Below are positions 10,302 to 20,132 of a stretch of DNA of 64,000 bases, one piece after another. The position numbers and the translations under genes are program-made. A model generated the notes under the pieces. The model ran no database searches. It had not been told where the DNA came from and worked only from the letters and a program-made list of their open reading frames with translations. Source of the stretch: an uncultured Thermoleophilia bacterium (GTDB lineage Bacteria > Actinomycetota > Thermoleophilia > UBA2241); assembly GCA_963715985.1 (NCBI GenBank), contig CAVQSP010000004.1, forward strand, positions 32,001-96,000. The letters run 5' to 3'. The number at the start of each line of letters is the position of its first letter. Position 1 is the first letter of the stretch.

Positions 10302-11306
10302 TCACGCGGGGCGCGGCGCTGTGAGCCGCAGGCCGCCGCGCTCCAGCACCTCGGGGTTGCGCACGTAGTGCGGGGTCTCGCCGCGCAGCGCCCGCACCAC
10401 CTCGAGACACGCCTTCTCCCGCGCCTCCTTCTCCGAGACCCAGGACATGAAGGCGGTGTGGGGCGTGATGATGACGTTGGGTTGCGCGTAGAGCGGGTGT
10501 CCGGCCGGCAGCGGCTCCGGACAGAGGACGTCCAGCGCGGCGCCGGCGATGCCGCCGTCGATGAGCACCCCCGTGAGCGCCTCGATGTCGACGCAGGCGC
10601 CGCGGGCCGTGTTGATGAGGTACGCGGTGGGCTTCATGGCGGCCAGAGCCTCCGCCCCGATGATGGCGGTCGTCTCCGGGGTGAGCGCGCAGTGCAGCGA
10701 GACGTAGTCGCACGCGAGCACCTCGTCGAGGCCGGCCTTGCCGACTCCGGCGGCGGCCATCGTGGCCTCGTCCACGTAGGGGTCCGAGGCCATCACCGTG
10801 AGGCCGAAGGCGTGCGCGCGTTTGGCCACGGCCGTGCCGATGCGGCCCAGACCGATGATGCCCAGCGACTGGTGGCTGATGCGGTCCGGTTTGCCGCAGG
10901 CCTCGTAGTCCCACTGCCCATCCAGCACGCAGCTGTGGTGGCGCAGGAGGTTGCGCCCCAGGGCAAGCAGGAACCCCATGGCGTGGTCGGCCACCTCCTG
11001 CGTGCAGTAGTCGGGGACGTTGGTCACCACGATGCCGCGCTCCGTGGCCGCCTCGAGGTCCACGCTGTTGTAGCCGGTGGCCATGAAGGCGACGATGCGG
11101 CAGTCGGGGAGCTGGTCCAGCACACGGGCGGTGAGCGGCGCGTAGGCCGGGATCAGCGCGTCCGCCCGGGCGCAGACCCTGATGACGTCGTCCTCGCTCT
11201 CCAGCTCGTGGCGTTCGAAGGAGATGTCGAGGCCGGAGCTCCGGAAGACGCCTTCTTCGACGATCCTGTCCGAGGCGCCGCGGTCTGTCTGGATCACAGT
11301 GAACAT
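10302..11306 (-). CDS. D-isomer-specific 2-hydroxyacid dehydrogenase
   Basis: NVPDYCTQEVADH, GIIGLGRIG, LINTARG, ITPHTA. Confidence 0.92.
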   Translation of the reverse strand: MFTVIQTDRGASDRIVEEGVFRSSGLDISFERHELESEDDVIRVCARADALIPAYAPLTARVLDQLPDCRIVAFMATGYNSVDLEAATERGIVVTNVPDYCTQEVADHAMGFLLALGRNLLRHHSCVLDGQWDYEACGKPDRISHQSLGIIGLGRIGTAVAKRAHAFGLTVMASDPYVDEATMAAAGVGKAGLDEVLACDYVSLHCALTPETTAIIGAEALAAMKPTAYLINTARGACVDIEALTGVLIDGGIAGAALDVLCPEPLPAGHPLYAQPNVIITPHTAFMSWVSEKEAREKACLEVVRALRGETPHYVRNPEVLERGGLRLTAPRPA

Positions 11307-11373
11307 CCATGTCCTCCGCGAGGGGGAGCCAGAAGGGCCGGGAGAGGGCGTCTCCCGGACGACGCACCCAAGC

Positions 11374-11925
11374 TTACTCGACGGGAGGCTCCGCGGTCGC
11401 CTCGAGCGGCGCCATGCCCACGTTCTCGCCCTCCCAGTTGTAGAAGAACTTCTCCGTGCGCATCACGTGCCAGGTCTCGGTGGCGCTGATGCCGTCGATC
11501 GCCTCGAGGTCCTCGTTGAGGAACTTGAACAGGCCCTCGGTGTCGGGCAGGAACGCCTCGATGAGGATGTCGAAGCTGCCGGCCAGGTAGGCGACGTAGG
11601 CGACGTTCTCCATGGCGGCGAGCTTGCAGCCGACCTCCTTGACGCGGCCGCGTACCGCCCTGACCCCGATGAAGGCGTCGATGGGGAAGCCGATGGGCGC
11701 CGGGTTCACGCGCGCCATGATCATGATGGCTCCCGCGTGCACGAGCCTGTCGATGCGCTTGCGCACCGTGGGCTCGGAGACGCCCACCGTACGCGCGATC
11801 TGCGCATATGTGAGGCGTCCGTCGTGACGCAGCAGCTTCATGACGCGGCGGTCCAGCTCGTCGAGCACGAGGGAGCCGTATGGCATGGAGCCCTGGCGGA
11901 CGAGGGGCGGCGATTTCGAATCCAT
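11374..11925 (-). CDS. Lrp/AsnC family regulator
   Basis: LDELDRRVMKLLRHDGR...VSEPTVRKRI HTH; GSFD RAM domain. Confidence 0.9.
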   Translation of the reverse strand: MDSKSPPLVRQGSMPYGSLVLDELDRRVMKLLRHDGRLTYAQIARTVGVSEPTVRKRIDRLVHAGAIMIMARVNPAPIGFPIDAFIGVRAVRGRVKEVGCKLAAMENVAYVAYLAGSFDILIEAFLPDTEGLFKFLNEDLEAIDGISATETWHVMRTEKFFYNWEGENVGMAPLEATAEPPVE

Positions 11926-12208
11926 ATCGTTTTCTTCCTTCATAATCAGTAAGTATAGTGATCGCAACCTTCTGGTTCAATACCGTTTCGGAATACGCCG
12001 TTTTCGCTGTGATTCCGTCGGCGCACGCTTGCCAGGGCCGAAGTGGGGTGCTACCGTCACGTCAGCGCGCTGCGGGACGGCGCCGCCGCCACCGCGGTCC
12101 ATCGGTCCGGTCCACCAGTGGGTCGACGATCCCGGCGGCGCCGTGCATCCCGGCGGCGACCGATCGAGGCAGCACCGCCGGGCACACACATCATCGAGGA
12201 GAAGCCAC

Positions 12209-12937
12209 ATGAACAAGATCGTCCCTCTCTGGTCCATCCCGCGCTCGATCTCCACAGGCTTCGAGCGCATGATGATGGAGCGTGGCGACTTCAAGGTCAT
12301 CCACGAGCCGTTCTCGTACTACTTCTACCAGAAGGCTCAGGGCGCGGCCGCGGTGGGCATGAACGTCGACCCGGACCACCCGCAGGAGTACGACGAGATC
12401 GTGGCGATGATCCTCCGCGAGGCCGAGAAGGCGCCGGTCTTCTTCAAGGACATGTCGTACCACGCCTTCGCCGGCGCGGACGAGGCGTTCATGAGCCAGT
12501 TCGTCAACACGTTCATCATCCGTCACCCCAAGTACACGCTCGTGTCGGGCCAGAAGATGAATCCGGGGTTCACGCTGGAGGAAGCCGGCTACGAGACGCA
12601 GTTCAAGATGTTCGAGATGGTCAAGAAGATCACCGGCGAGGTGCCGGCCATCGTCGACGGCGAGGACCTCGTCGAGGACGCGGCCGGCGTGGTCAAGCAG
12701 TACTGCGAGAAGGTCGGCATCCCCTTCCTGCCCGAGTCGCTCACCTGGGAGCCCGAGTTCAAGCCCGAGTGGAAGTCCTGGGAGTCGTGGCACCTCGACG
12801 CCGGCAAGAGCACCGGCTTCAACAGGGACATGGAGGAGTGGGAGTTCACGGTCGACGACGTGCCGCGCCTCAAGGAGATGTACGAGCAGTGCATGCCGTA
12901 CTACGAGAAGATGTACGAGGTCCGTCTCCGTCCGTAG
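12209..12937 (+). CDS. Sulfotransferase-like P-loop protein (Sulfotransfer_5-type)
   Basis: LWSIPRSISTGFER, HEPF, FFKDM, FIIRHP, W..WH..A..STGF; GAGGAG RBS. Confidence 0.78.
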   Translation: MNKIVPLWSIPRSISTGFERMMMERGDFKVIHEPFSYYFYQKAQGAAAVGMNVDPDHPQEYDEIVAMILREAEKAPVFFKDMSYHAFAGADEAFMSQFVNTFIIRHPKYTLVSGQKMNPGFTLEEAGYETQFKMFEMVKKITGEVPAIVDGEDLVEDAAGVVKQYCEKVGIPFLPESLTWEPEFKPEWKSWESWHLDAGKSTGFNRDMEEWEFTVDDVPRLKEMYEQCMPYYEKMYEVRLRP

Positions 12938-13055
12938 GCGCGACTGGTCCGGGGAGGACGTCGTCACGACGTCCGCCCCGGGACCGGCCGCCCTCGCGGC
13001 CGGTGGCACGTCCGCGTCGGCCGGGGGCGATCCGCGACCGCCGGGACGTACGCTG

Positions 13056-14345
13056 ATGCGCATGACCTCCACAGCACGATCTGATTCCCTCCCGGTGGCT
13101 TCGCGGCCGGACGGCGGCCGCATGACGCCCGCCCGTGAGCCCGCCGAGTTGATCACCCCGTTCGGAGGGCGCCTCGTGGACCTGGTCGTCCACGACGAGG
13201 CGGAGAGGCGCGCCCTCTTCGAGCGGGCGCGCCACCTGCCCAAGGTCACTCTGTCGCTGCGCGGCCAGTACGACCTGGAGATGCTGGCCGTCGGCGCCTT
13301 CTCGCCGGTCGACCGCTTCATGGCGAGAGACGACTACGAGTCGGTGCTCGCCGAGATGCGTTTGCGTGACGGCACGGTCTTCCCGATTCCGCTCGCGGTG
13401 CCCGTGTTCGGTGGCGCCCTCCACCACCCGGGCGAGGTCGCGCTCACCGACGAGGGGGCCAACGTGCTCGCCCTGCTCGAGATCGACGACGTGTACCGGC
13501 ACGACAGCATGCGCGAGATGCGGGCCGTGCTGGGGGCCACCGACACGGCCCATCCGCTCGTCGCCGAGTCCGTGCGCTGGCCGACGCACTACATCGCCGG
13601 TCGGCCGCGCGTGCTCGATCTGCCTCGGCACCGCCTGCACGGCCCGCTCTGCCTCACGCCTGCCCAGACACGGGAGCGCCTCGCGGCCATGGGCAACGTC
13701 AATGTGGTCGCCTTCCAGACGCGCAACCCCATGCACCGCATCCACGAGGAGCTCACGAAGCGCGCCGCGCAGGCCGTGGGCGGGTCGCTGCTCATCCACC
13801 CCGCCGTCGGCGTGACCAAGCCCGAGGACGTGCACCACGCGTTGCGCGTGGAGGCCTACGAAGTGCTGGTGCGCAACTACTACGATCCGGCGACGACACT
13901 GCTGTCGCTCATGCCCCTGGCCATGCGCATGGCCGGGCCGCGCGAGGCGGTGTGGCACTCCGTCATCCGCCGCAACTACGGCGCCTCGCACCTCATCATC
14001 GGGCGCGATCACGCGGGGCCCGGCAAGGACTCGCACGGCAACCCGTTCTACGGGCCATACGACGCGCAGGTGCTGGCGGAGAAGTACGCCGACGAGGTGG
14101 GCGTGCAGCCCATCGAGTTCGAGGAGCTCGTCTACCTGGCCGACGAAGACCGCTACGAGGAGATCGACAAGGTCCCGCCCGGCGCGCGCGTCTGCTCCAT
14201 CTCGGGGACACAGGTGCGCGAGGAGTATCTGGCCAAGGGCAAGAAGCTGCCCGAGTGGTTCTCGCGGCCGGAGGTCGCGGCGATCCTGCAGAGAGGCGAC
14301 TGGAGCAAGGCGCGCCGCCCTGCCGCCTACGCCATGTGGGCATAG
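13056..14345 (+). CDS. sat: Sulfate adenylyltransferase (ATP sulfurylase), without an APS-kinase domain
   Basis: AFQTRNPMHRIHE, MRMAGPREA, RRNYGASHLIIGRDHAG, SISGT, PEWFSRPEVA. Confidence 0.93.
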   Translation: MRMTSTARSDSLPVASRPDGGRMTPAREPAELITPFGGRLVDLVVHDEAERRALFERARHLPKVTLSLRGQYDLEMLAVGAFSPVDRFMARDDYESVLAEMRLRDGTVFPIPLAVPVFGGALHHPGEVALTDEGANVLALLEIDDVYRHDSMREMRAVLGATDTAHPLVAESVRWPTHYIAGRPRVLDLPRHRLHGPLCLTPAQTRERLAAMGNVNVVAFQTRNPMHRIHEELTKRAAQAVGGSLLIHPAVGVTKPEDVHHALRVEAYEVLVRNYYDPATTLLSLMPLAMRMAGPREAVWHSVIRRNYGASHLIIGRDHAGPGKDSHGNPFYGPYDAQVLAEKYADEVGVQPIEFEELVYLADEDRYEEIDKVPPGARVCSISGTQVREEYLAKGKKLPEWFSRPEVAAILQRGDWSKARRPAAYAMWA

Positions 14346-14619
14346 CCCCCCGTTGCTGGACATCGCCGCACGACGCTCCGGCTGAGCGTTCCACGGTCCC
14401 CCGCGCCGGCCTCCGCCGCCTGAAGGCCGTCGGCCGACGGCCGAGCCCCTCCTTGCCGGCGTCCAGTCCGCCGCGTTCGCGCTGACGCACGCGCCGGAGC
14501 AGGCGCCCGATCGTTCCCCGGACCCGCTCGATCGCCGGAGAGTCTTTCGACGGCGATTCAAAGAGACGGCCGTTTCGTGTTCCAATCGGCCTTGTTCAGG
14601 AGCTTCGACGGCAATCACG

Positions 14620-14649
14620 TTGACGGACCGGAGATACTTCGTCTAGCAT
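14620..14649 (+). promoter_or_regulatory. Putative sigma70 promoter TTGACG-N18-TAGCAT
   Basis: Read directly 27 nt upstream of the Lrp start. Confidence 0.55.
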
Positions 14650-14675
14650 GTGACCTCAGCAGCCAAGGGGATGAC

Positions 14676-15179
14676 GTGGATGACCTCGACCGCCGCATCC
14701 TGGTCACGTTGCAGGAGGACGGCAGTCTCACAAACGCGCGCCTGGCGGAGGCCATCGGCCTCTCCCAGTCGGCGATGTCGGAGCGCGTACGCCGCCTGCA
14801 GCAGGAGGGGCACATCACGGGGTACCGGGCTCTGCTCGACCCCGCCAGCGTCGGTCTCCACCTGCAGGCCTTCATCGCCACCGGCCTGGTGCGCCACGGC
14901 ACGGACAGCATCGAGGCCTTCGAGACGAGCATCGTCGCCGTGCCCGGCGTGCGCGCCTGCTACCACGTGGCGGGGCGCTTCGACTATCTGGTCCATGTGG
15001 CCGTGCGCGACCTCGAGCACCTCGGCCAGCTGGTGAAGCACGACATCGCCGCCATCCCCGGTGTCGACAAGGCCGAGACCATGCTCGTCTACTCTGAAGT
15101 CAAGCCCGACAGCGGCTGGCCGGTACCTGCGGAGCTCACCGAGACGAGCTCCAGCACGCACCCGGCCGCCCGGCTCTAG
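14676..15179 (+). CDS. Lrp/AsnC family regulator
   Basis: [27 protein letters not shown]; close paralog of 36575-37048. Confidence 0.92.
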   Translation: MDDLDRRILVTLQEDGSLTNARLAEAIGLSQSAMSERVRRLQQEGHITGYRALLDPASVGLHLQAFIATGLVRHGTDSIEAFETSIVAVPGVRACYHVAGRFDYLVHVAVRDLEHLGQLVKHDIAAIPGVDKAETMLVYSEVKPDSGWPVPAELTETSSSTHPAARL

Positions 15180-15199
15180 CCCACAGGAGGTCCACCCCC

Positions 15200-16077
15200 A
15201 TGCCCGCGAAGAAAGGTCTCTTCGACCTGCACGAGATGAAGCGCGCCGGCGAGCAGATCGCCTGGCTCACCGCCTACGACTACCCGACGGCGCAGTTCGA
15301 GGAGGCGGCCGGCGTCGACATGATCCTCGTCGGCGACTCGCTGGGCATGTGCGTCTACGGCTACCCCGGCACCGTGCCCGGTGACGATGGAGCAGTGCCT
15401 CGTGCACTGTGAGGCGGTGCGCCGCGGCGCCCCCGACACCTTCGTCCTCGGCGACATGCCGCTGGGCAGCTACCAGGCCTGCGACGCAGACGCCGTGCGC
15501 AACGCCATCCGCTTCCTCAAAGAGGCCAACGTCGACGCCGTCAAGCTCGAGGGCGGCGTGCGCACGCTCTCCCGCGTGCACGGCGATCCTCGACGCCGGC
15601 GTCGCCGTCTGCGGCCACATCGGGCTCACGCCGCAGTCCTCGGGGCAGCTCGGCGGGCACAAGGCGCAGGGGCGCACCCTCGCCTCGGCCCAGCTCGTCG
15701 TCGAGGACGCCCGCGCCCTCTACGAGGCCGGCGTCCAGCTGCTCCTCGTCGAGGCCGTGCCCCCCGAGGTCGCCGCCTTCATCGCCCGCGAGCTGCCCAT
15801 CCCCGTGCTCGGCATCGGGGCGGGGGCGGACGTCGACGGGCAGCTGCTCATCGTCAGCGACGTGCTCGGCACCTTCGCCGCCTTCACGCCCAAGTTCGTG
15901 AAGCAGTACGCCGACCTCGCCGCCCTCTCCACGGCGGCCCTTGCCGAGTACGTCGCCGACGTGCGCGGCAACGCCTTCCCCGAGGAGCAGCACTGCTACC
16001 GCATGCTCGAGGGCGAGGCGGCGAAGTTCGGGGAGTGGGCACGACAGACAACGACCGACCAGGAGGGACTTCGATGA
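15200..16077 (+). CDS. panB: 3-methyl-2-oxobutanoate hydroxymethyltransferase, frameshifts near 15380 and 15580
   Basis: [49 protein letters not shown]. Confidence 0.9.
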
Positions 16078-17372
16078 GCGCCCGTGACGAACTGCGGCAG
16101 AGTCTGGGGGTGTCGCTCGACGACCTCCGCGTTGTGAACGACTTCCTCACCTCTCCAGACAATCCCCTCATCGACGGCCTGCTCGACGTCGTCGACCGCT
16201 ACGGCGGGGTGGACGAGATCAACCGCAAGGCCGACGAGGCCGGCCTCCTCGAGAACCGGCTCGCACGCCTGCGCGACGAGGGCTCGCCCTTCGTGGACGG
16301 CCTCGACTGGCTCATGGAGCAGCGCGACACCGGCGCCTTCGTCACCCTGCCCGAGTACCGGCGCAGCATCCTCGGCGAGGCCGCGGACGGAATGACGTTC
16401 GACGAAGAGCACGCCGTCACCCTCGAGATCAGCGCTCTGCAGTACTTCCCCTGGCTGATCGCCGAGGCGGAGCGCGCCATCGCCAAGCGTGAGCTCATGC
16501 CCGGCCGCTACATCCGCGTGCGCAACATGGCCGAGCAGACGGCGCCCGGCGAAGACGTCCTCGCGATCGCCGCGGCCATGCAGGTCATCGGCGCCAGCCA
16601 CGTCGAGACGCTCGACACCAAGGGCATCGACGGCTCCAACGTGCACCTCGGCGGGCCGGACACCATCGCCGGCTACTTCGGCGGCATCGGCGAGCCCAAC
16701 GACTACCCGCTGCGCTGGGCCGACGAGTACCTGCGCTACCTCACCGAGTATGGCGTCCGCCAGGTGCTCAACATCAACAGCGGCACCATCATGGTCGCCC
16801 TCCTGCTCCGCAAGATGGGCATCCGCAACGAGTTCAAGGTGTCGGTGTTCATGGGCATCGACAACCCATGGTCAGTCCTGTGGCTGCTCATGGGTGCGCG
16901 GCTCCTGGCCGGCGAGGACGGCTCCGCCAGCATGGCCGGCCTCAACCTCTCCAACTCCGTGGACGCGGACTGCATCCGTGCCTCGTCCACCGTCCGCCAC
17001 GCTCTGGGCCTCGAGCACGAGGTGCGCTTCGAGCACCACATCACTGAGGCCTACAAGTCCATCGTCAGGCAGCCCTACGACCGCCGCGGCGAGCTGCTCG
17101 ACGTGGCCGCCGATGTGCCCAACATCTCGGCCAAGCACGAGGGCGCCGACCCGGAGACCGACGCCGCGCGCGAGCACCCGAGCGACATCTTCGACTACTT
17201 CGTCCCCAAGCAGCAGGTCATCGACGACGGCCTCATGCCGCTGCTCGAGCAGAACTACCTGGACAAGCACGAGGCCGTGTGCCACACGGCAGCCGCGCTC
17301 ACCAAGGCCGGCATCGGCGTGCACGCCGCCGCGCTCCTGCACACGCCGCAGGGGGTGGGCGTAGGGGCGTGA
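16074..17372 (+). CDS. Hypothetical protein (432 aa) translationally coupled to panB
   Basis: AGGAGG RBS, ATGA overlap, strong G/C third-position bias; no family recognised. Confidence 0.8.
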   Translation: MSARDELRQSLGVSLDDLRVVNDFLTSPDNPLIDGLLDVVDRYGGVDEINRKADEAGLLENRLARLRDEGSPFVDGLDWLMEQRDTGAFVTLPEYRRSILGEAADGMTFDEEHAVTLEISALQYFPWLIAEAERAIAKRELMPGRYIRVRNMAEQTAPGEDVLAIAAAMQVIGASHVETLDTKGIDGSNVHLGGPDTIAGYFGGIGEPNDYPLRWADEYLRYLTEYGVRQVLNINSGTIMVALLLRKMGIRNEFKVSVFMGIDNPWSVLWLLMGARLLAGEDGSASMAGLNLSNSVDADCIRASSTVRHALGLEHEVRFEHHITEAYKSIVRQPYDRRGELLDVAADVPNISAKHEGADPETDAAREHPSDIFDYFVPKQQVIDDGLMPLLEQNYLDKHEAVCHTAAALTKAGIGVHAAALLHTPQGVGVGA

Positions 17373-17378
17373 GAGGCG

Positions 17379-17407
17379 TTGACGGCCGCGAGCGCCGCGT
17401 CTAGGCT
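17379..17407 (+). promoter_or_regulatory. Sigma70 promoter TTGACG-N17-TAGGCT
   Basis: Canonical spacing, directly followed by a palindromic operator. Confidence 0.65.
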
Positions 17408-17410
17408 TGC

Positions 17411-17438
17411 CATTGACTAACCGGTCGGTTAGTCAATG
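17411..17438. promoter_or_regulatory. 13-2-13 inverted repeat CATTGACTAACCG-GT-CGGTTAGTCAATG, probable TetR-family operator
   Basis: Perfect arms, AT-richer than its surroundings, overlapping the predicted transcription start. Confidence 0.75.
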
Positions 17439-17471
17439 TGCGGACTGCAGACGGCAGAGCTGGGGGTCCAC

Positions 17472-19277
17472 ATGATCGTGCGCGAATCGCGTCGCCTGCG
17501 CGTCCGTGTGCTCGCCGTGACGGCCGCCTGCATCGCCGTGCTGGCGGCCGTCACGGCCACGACGGCGGCCGCCTCCTCGTCGTCTGCGTCACCGGCGGCC
17601 GGCCTCGCGGAGCCTGTCTTCAGAGTGGGCTTCAGCTACGACATCGACGGCATGAACCCCCTGGTGAACTACTCGGGACTCTCGTGGGAGATCTTCCGCC
17701 TCAACTACAACTTCCTCACCTGGTACGACGACAGGAACCAGCCTGTGCCGGAGCTCGCCACGGCGTGGAAGACGAGCCCCGACGGCAAGGTGTGGACCTA
17801 CACCATCCGCGCGGACGTCAGGTGGCACGACGGACAGCCGCTCACGGCGAAGGACATCGCCTTCACGTACAACCTCATCCGCGACAATCAGGTCTACGTC
17901 TACATGTCGTACATGAAGGACGTCACCAAGGTGGAGGCGACCGACGACACGACCCTGGTCATCACCTCGAGGAAGCCCAGCTCCCAGATGCTGGCCATGT
18001 ACGTCCCCATCCTGCCGGAGCATCTCTGGGGCAGGATCGACCCCAAGAAGCTGGAGACCCTCAAGGACCCACCCACGGTCGGGTCCGGTCCCTTCGAGAT
18101 CAAGGACGTGCAGAAGGGCCGCTACGTCAAGATGGCCGCGAATCCCGGCTACTTCGTCGGGCGCCCGCACGCCAACACGGTCCTCTTCCAGATCTACACG
18201 ACCGAGGACGCGCTGGTGCAGGACTACAAGACGGGCGCCCTCGACGTGGGCGTGTTCGCGGTCCCGACGTCGCTGCGCTCCGTGGCGGGCGTCCCGGGGT
18301 CCAGGGCCGTCGCCCAGCCGACCGTCGGTTTCGTGATGCTCGCGTTCAACTGCTGGGACTCGCCGAAGAGCAAGGGCAACCCGCTCCTGCAGGACGTGCG
18401 CATCCGTCAGGCGGTCGCCTGGGCGGTCGACAAGGCGAACATCGCCGAGACGAGCATGAGCGGCGCGGCCACCGTCGGTACATCCGTGCTTTCGCCGGCG
18501 ATGGGTGACTGGCACTGGCAGCCGACCGCCGACCAGCTCGTCACGTACGACCCGGCGAAGGCCAAGGCGCTCCTCGACGCGGCGGGCTACGTGGATCGCA
18601 ACGGAGACGGCGTGCGTGAAGACGCCAAGGGCAAACCCCTCGACTTCAAGCTGGTCGCGCTCGCGGACTACCCGGACGAAGTGAACGCCGCCAAGATGAT
18701 CGTCCCGTACCTCAAGGCCGTCGGCGTCAAGGCGCGTCTCGAGATCATGGACGAGGGCGCGTTCAACGACATCCTCTACAACAACCAGGGCGTGGACATG
18801 TACGTGTGGGCGTGGGGCGGCGACCTCGACCCCAGCTTTCAGCTCTCCGCGTTCACCACCGACCAGATCCTGAACAACAACGACAGCTGTTACTCGAATC
18901 CCGAGTACGACAAGCTCTTCGCCGAGCAGTCGGCGACCATCGACCGCGCCAGGCGAGTCGACATAGTCCACCAGATGGAGCAGATCCTCTACCGGGACGA
19001 CCCCTATGTCGTCCTGTACTACGCCATGAACCTGCAGGCGTATCGCGCGGATCGCTGGACGGGCTGGCAGCTGGCCCCTGTGGGTTCGCCCGCGGTCCTC
19101 ATGAACTACATGCGCGGCACGTACACGGGCGTGCAGCCCGTCGCCGCGGCCGGACCGACGGGCGGCGGCGGGCTCGGCGCTTGGGTGATCGCCGCCATCG
19201 TCGGCGCCGCGGTGGTCATCGTGGGCCTCGTGGTCTGGCTGGTGCGGCGCCGGCCCAGGAAGGTCGAGGACACGTGA
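17472..19277 (+). CDS. Family 5 ABC solute-binding protein with a C-terminal membrane anchor
   Basis: PELA..W..S.DGKVWTYTIR..V.WHDG.PLTA.D motif, GSGPF; C-terminal hydrophobic helix followed by RRRPRK. Confidence 0.9.
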   Translation: MIVRESRRLRVRVLAVTAACIAVLAAVTATTAAASSSSASPAAGLAEPVFRVGFSYDIDGMNPLVNYSGLSWEIFRLNYNFLTWYDDRNQPVPELATAWKTSPDGKVWTYTIRADVRWHDGQPLTAKDIAFTYNLIRDNQVYVYMSYMKDVTKVEATDDTTLVITSRKPSSQMLAMYVPILPEHLWGRIDPKKLETLKDPPTVGSGPFEIKDVQKGRYVKMAANPGYFVGRPHANTVLFQIYTTEDALVQDYKTGALDVGVFAVPTSLRSVAGVPGSRAVAQPTVGFVMLAFNCWDSPKSKGNPLLQDVRIRQAVAWAVDKANIAETSMSGAATVGTSVLSPAMGDWHWQPTADQLVTYDPAKAKALLDAAGYVDRNGDGVREDAKGKPLDFKLVALADYPDEVNAAKMIVPYLKAVGVKARLEIMDEGAFNDILYNNQGVDMYVWAWGGDLDPSFQLSAFTTDQILNNNDSCYSNPEYDKLFAEQSATIDRARRVDIVHQMEQILYRDDPYVVLYYAMNLQAYRADRWTGWQLAPVGSPAVLMNYMRGTYTGVQPVAAAGPTGGGGLGAWVIAAIVGAAVVIVGLVVWLVRRRPRKVEDT

Positions 19278-20107
19278 CCGCCCTCACGGTCGGCGTCCAG
19301 GGAATCCCCATCGCCTGCGAGGTGCGCGGAGAGGGCAGGCCGATCCTGCTGATCCACGGCTGGTCCGCGGACCGCCGCTACATGCTCGCCGATCTCGAGC
19401 CGGTCTTCGACGAGCATCCCGGGTGGCGGCGGATCTACTTCGACCTCCCGGGCCACGGGGCCACCCCGGCGCCGGACTGGCTCTCCACGCAGGACCAGAT
19501 GCTCGCGATCGTGCGCGACTTCATCGGCGAGGTGCTGCCGGAGGGCCGGTTCGCGATCGTGGGCAGTTCCTACGGCGGGCACACCGCGCTGGGGCTCGTC
19601 CGCTCGATCCCGGACCGGCTCAACGGCGCCGGACTGCTCGTCCCCGACGTGCCCGCCCCCGACGGCACGCGAGACACCGCTGATGCCGTCGTGCTCGTGG
19701 AGAACGACTCCGTCTTCGAGGATCTTGCGCCCGACGAGGCCTGGATGCGCGAGACGCTGGTCGTGCACGAGCGCTGGATGGTCGACGAGATCCGTGCTCA
19801 CGACATGCCGGCGTACCGGCTTGCCGACTACGGGTTCCTCGCGCGACTGGAGGCGAACTACCTGCCCAGCGGAGCGGCCGCGCGCCCCGGGCCGCCGTTT
19901 GCCCACCCCAGTCTCATCCTCACGGGCCGCCAGGACTCGACGGTAGGCTACCGCGCGGCGTGGGCGTTGCTCGACGAGTTCCCTCGAGCCACCTATGCCG
20001 TGCTCGACATGGCGGGGCACCAGCTCGGGCGCATCGAACGCCCGGGGCCCTTCCGGGCGCTGCTCGGCGACTGGCTCGAGCGCTTGACCTTGCCCCTCGG
20101 CGCTTGA
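19274..20107 (+). CDS. Alpha/beta fold hydrolase
   Basis: LIHGW, DLPGHG, GSSYGG nucleophile elbow, GRQD, AGH. Confidence 0.88.
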   Translation: MTALTVGVQGIPIACEVRGEGRPILLIHGWSADRRYMLADLEPVFDEHPGWRRIYFDLPGHGATPAPDWLSTQDQMLAIVRDFIGEVLPEGRFAIVGSSYGGHTALGLVRSIPDRLNGAGLLVPDVPAPDGTRDTADAVVLVENDSVFEDLAPDEAWMRETLVVHERWMVDEIRAHDMPAYRLADYGFLARLEANYLPSGAAARPGPPFAHPSLILTGRQDSTVGYRAAWALLDEFPRATYAVLDMAGHQLGRIERPGPFRALLGDWLERLTLPLGA

Positions 20108-20132
20108 ACGTCATGGCTGCACAGGAGGTGCC

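Noticed and set aside
15381-17372. PanB fused to the hypothetical protein (663 aa)
   Set aside because: An artefact of the panB frameshifts; the downstream gene has its own RBS and ATG at 16074.
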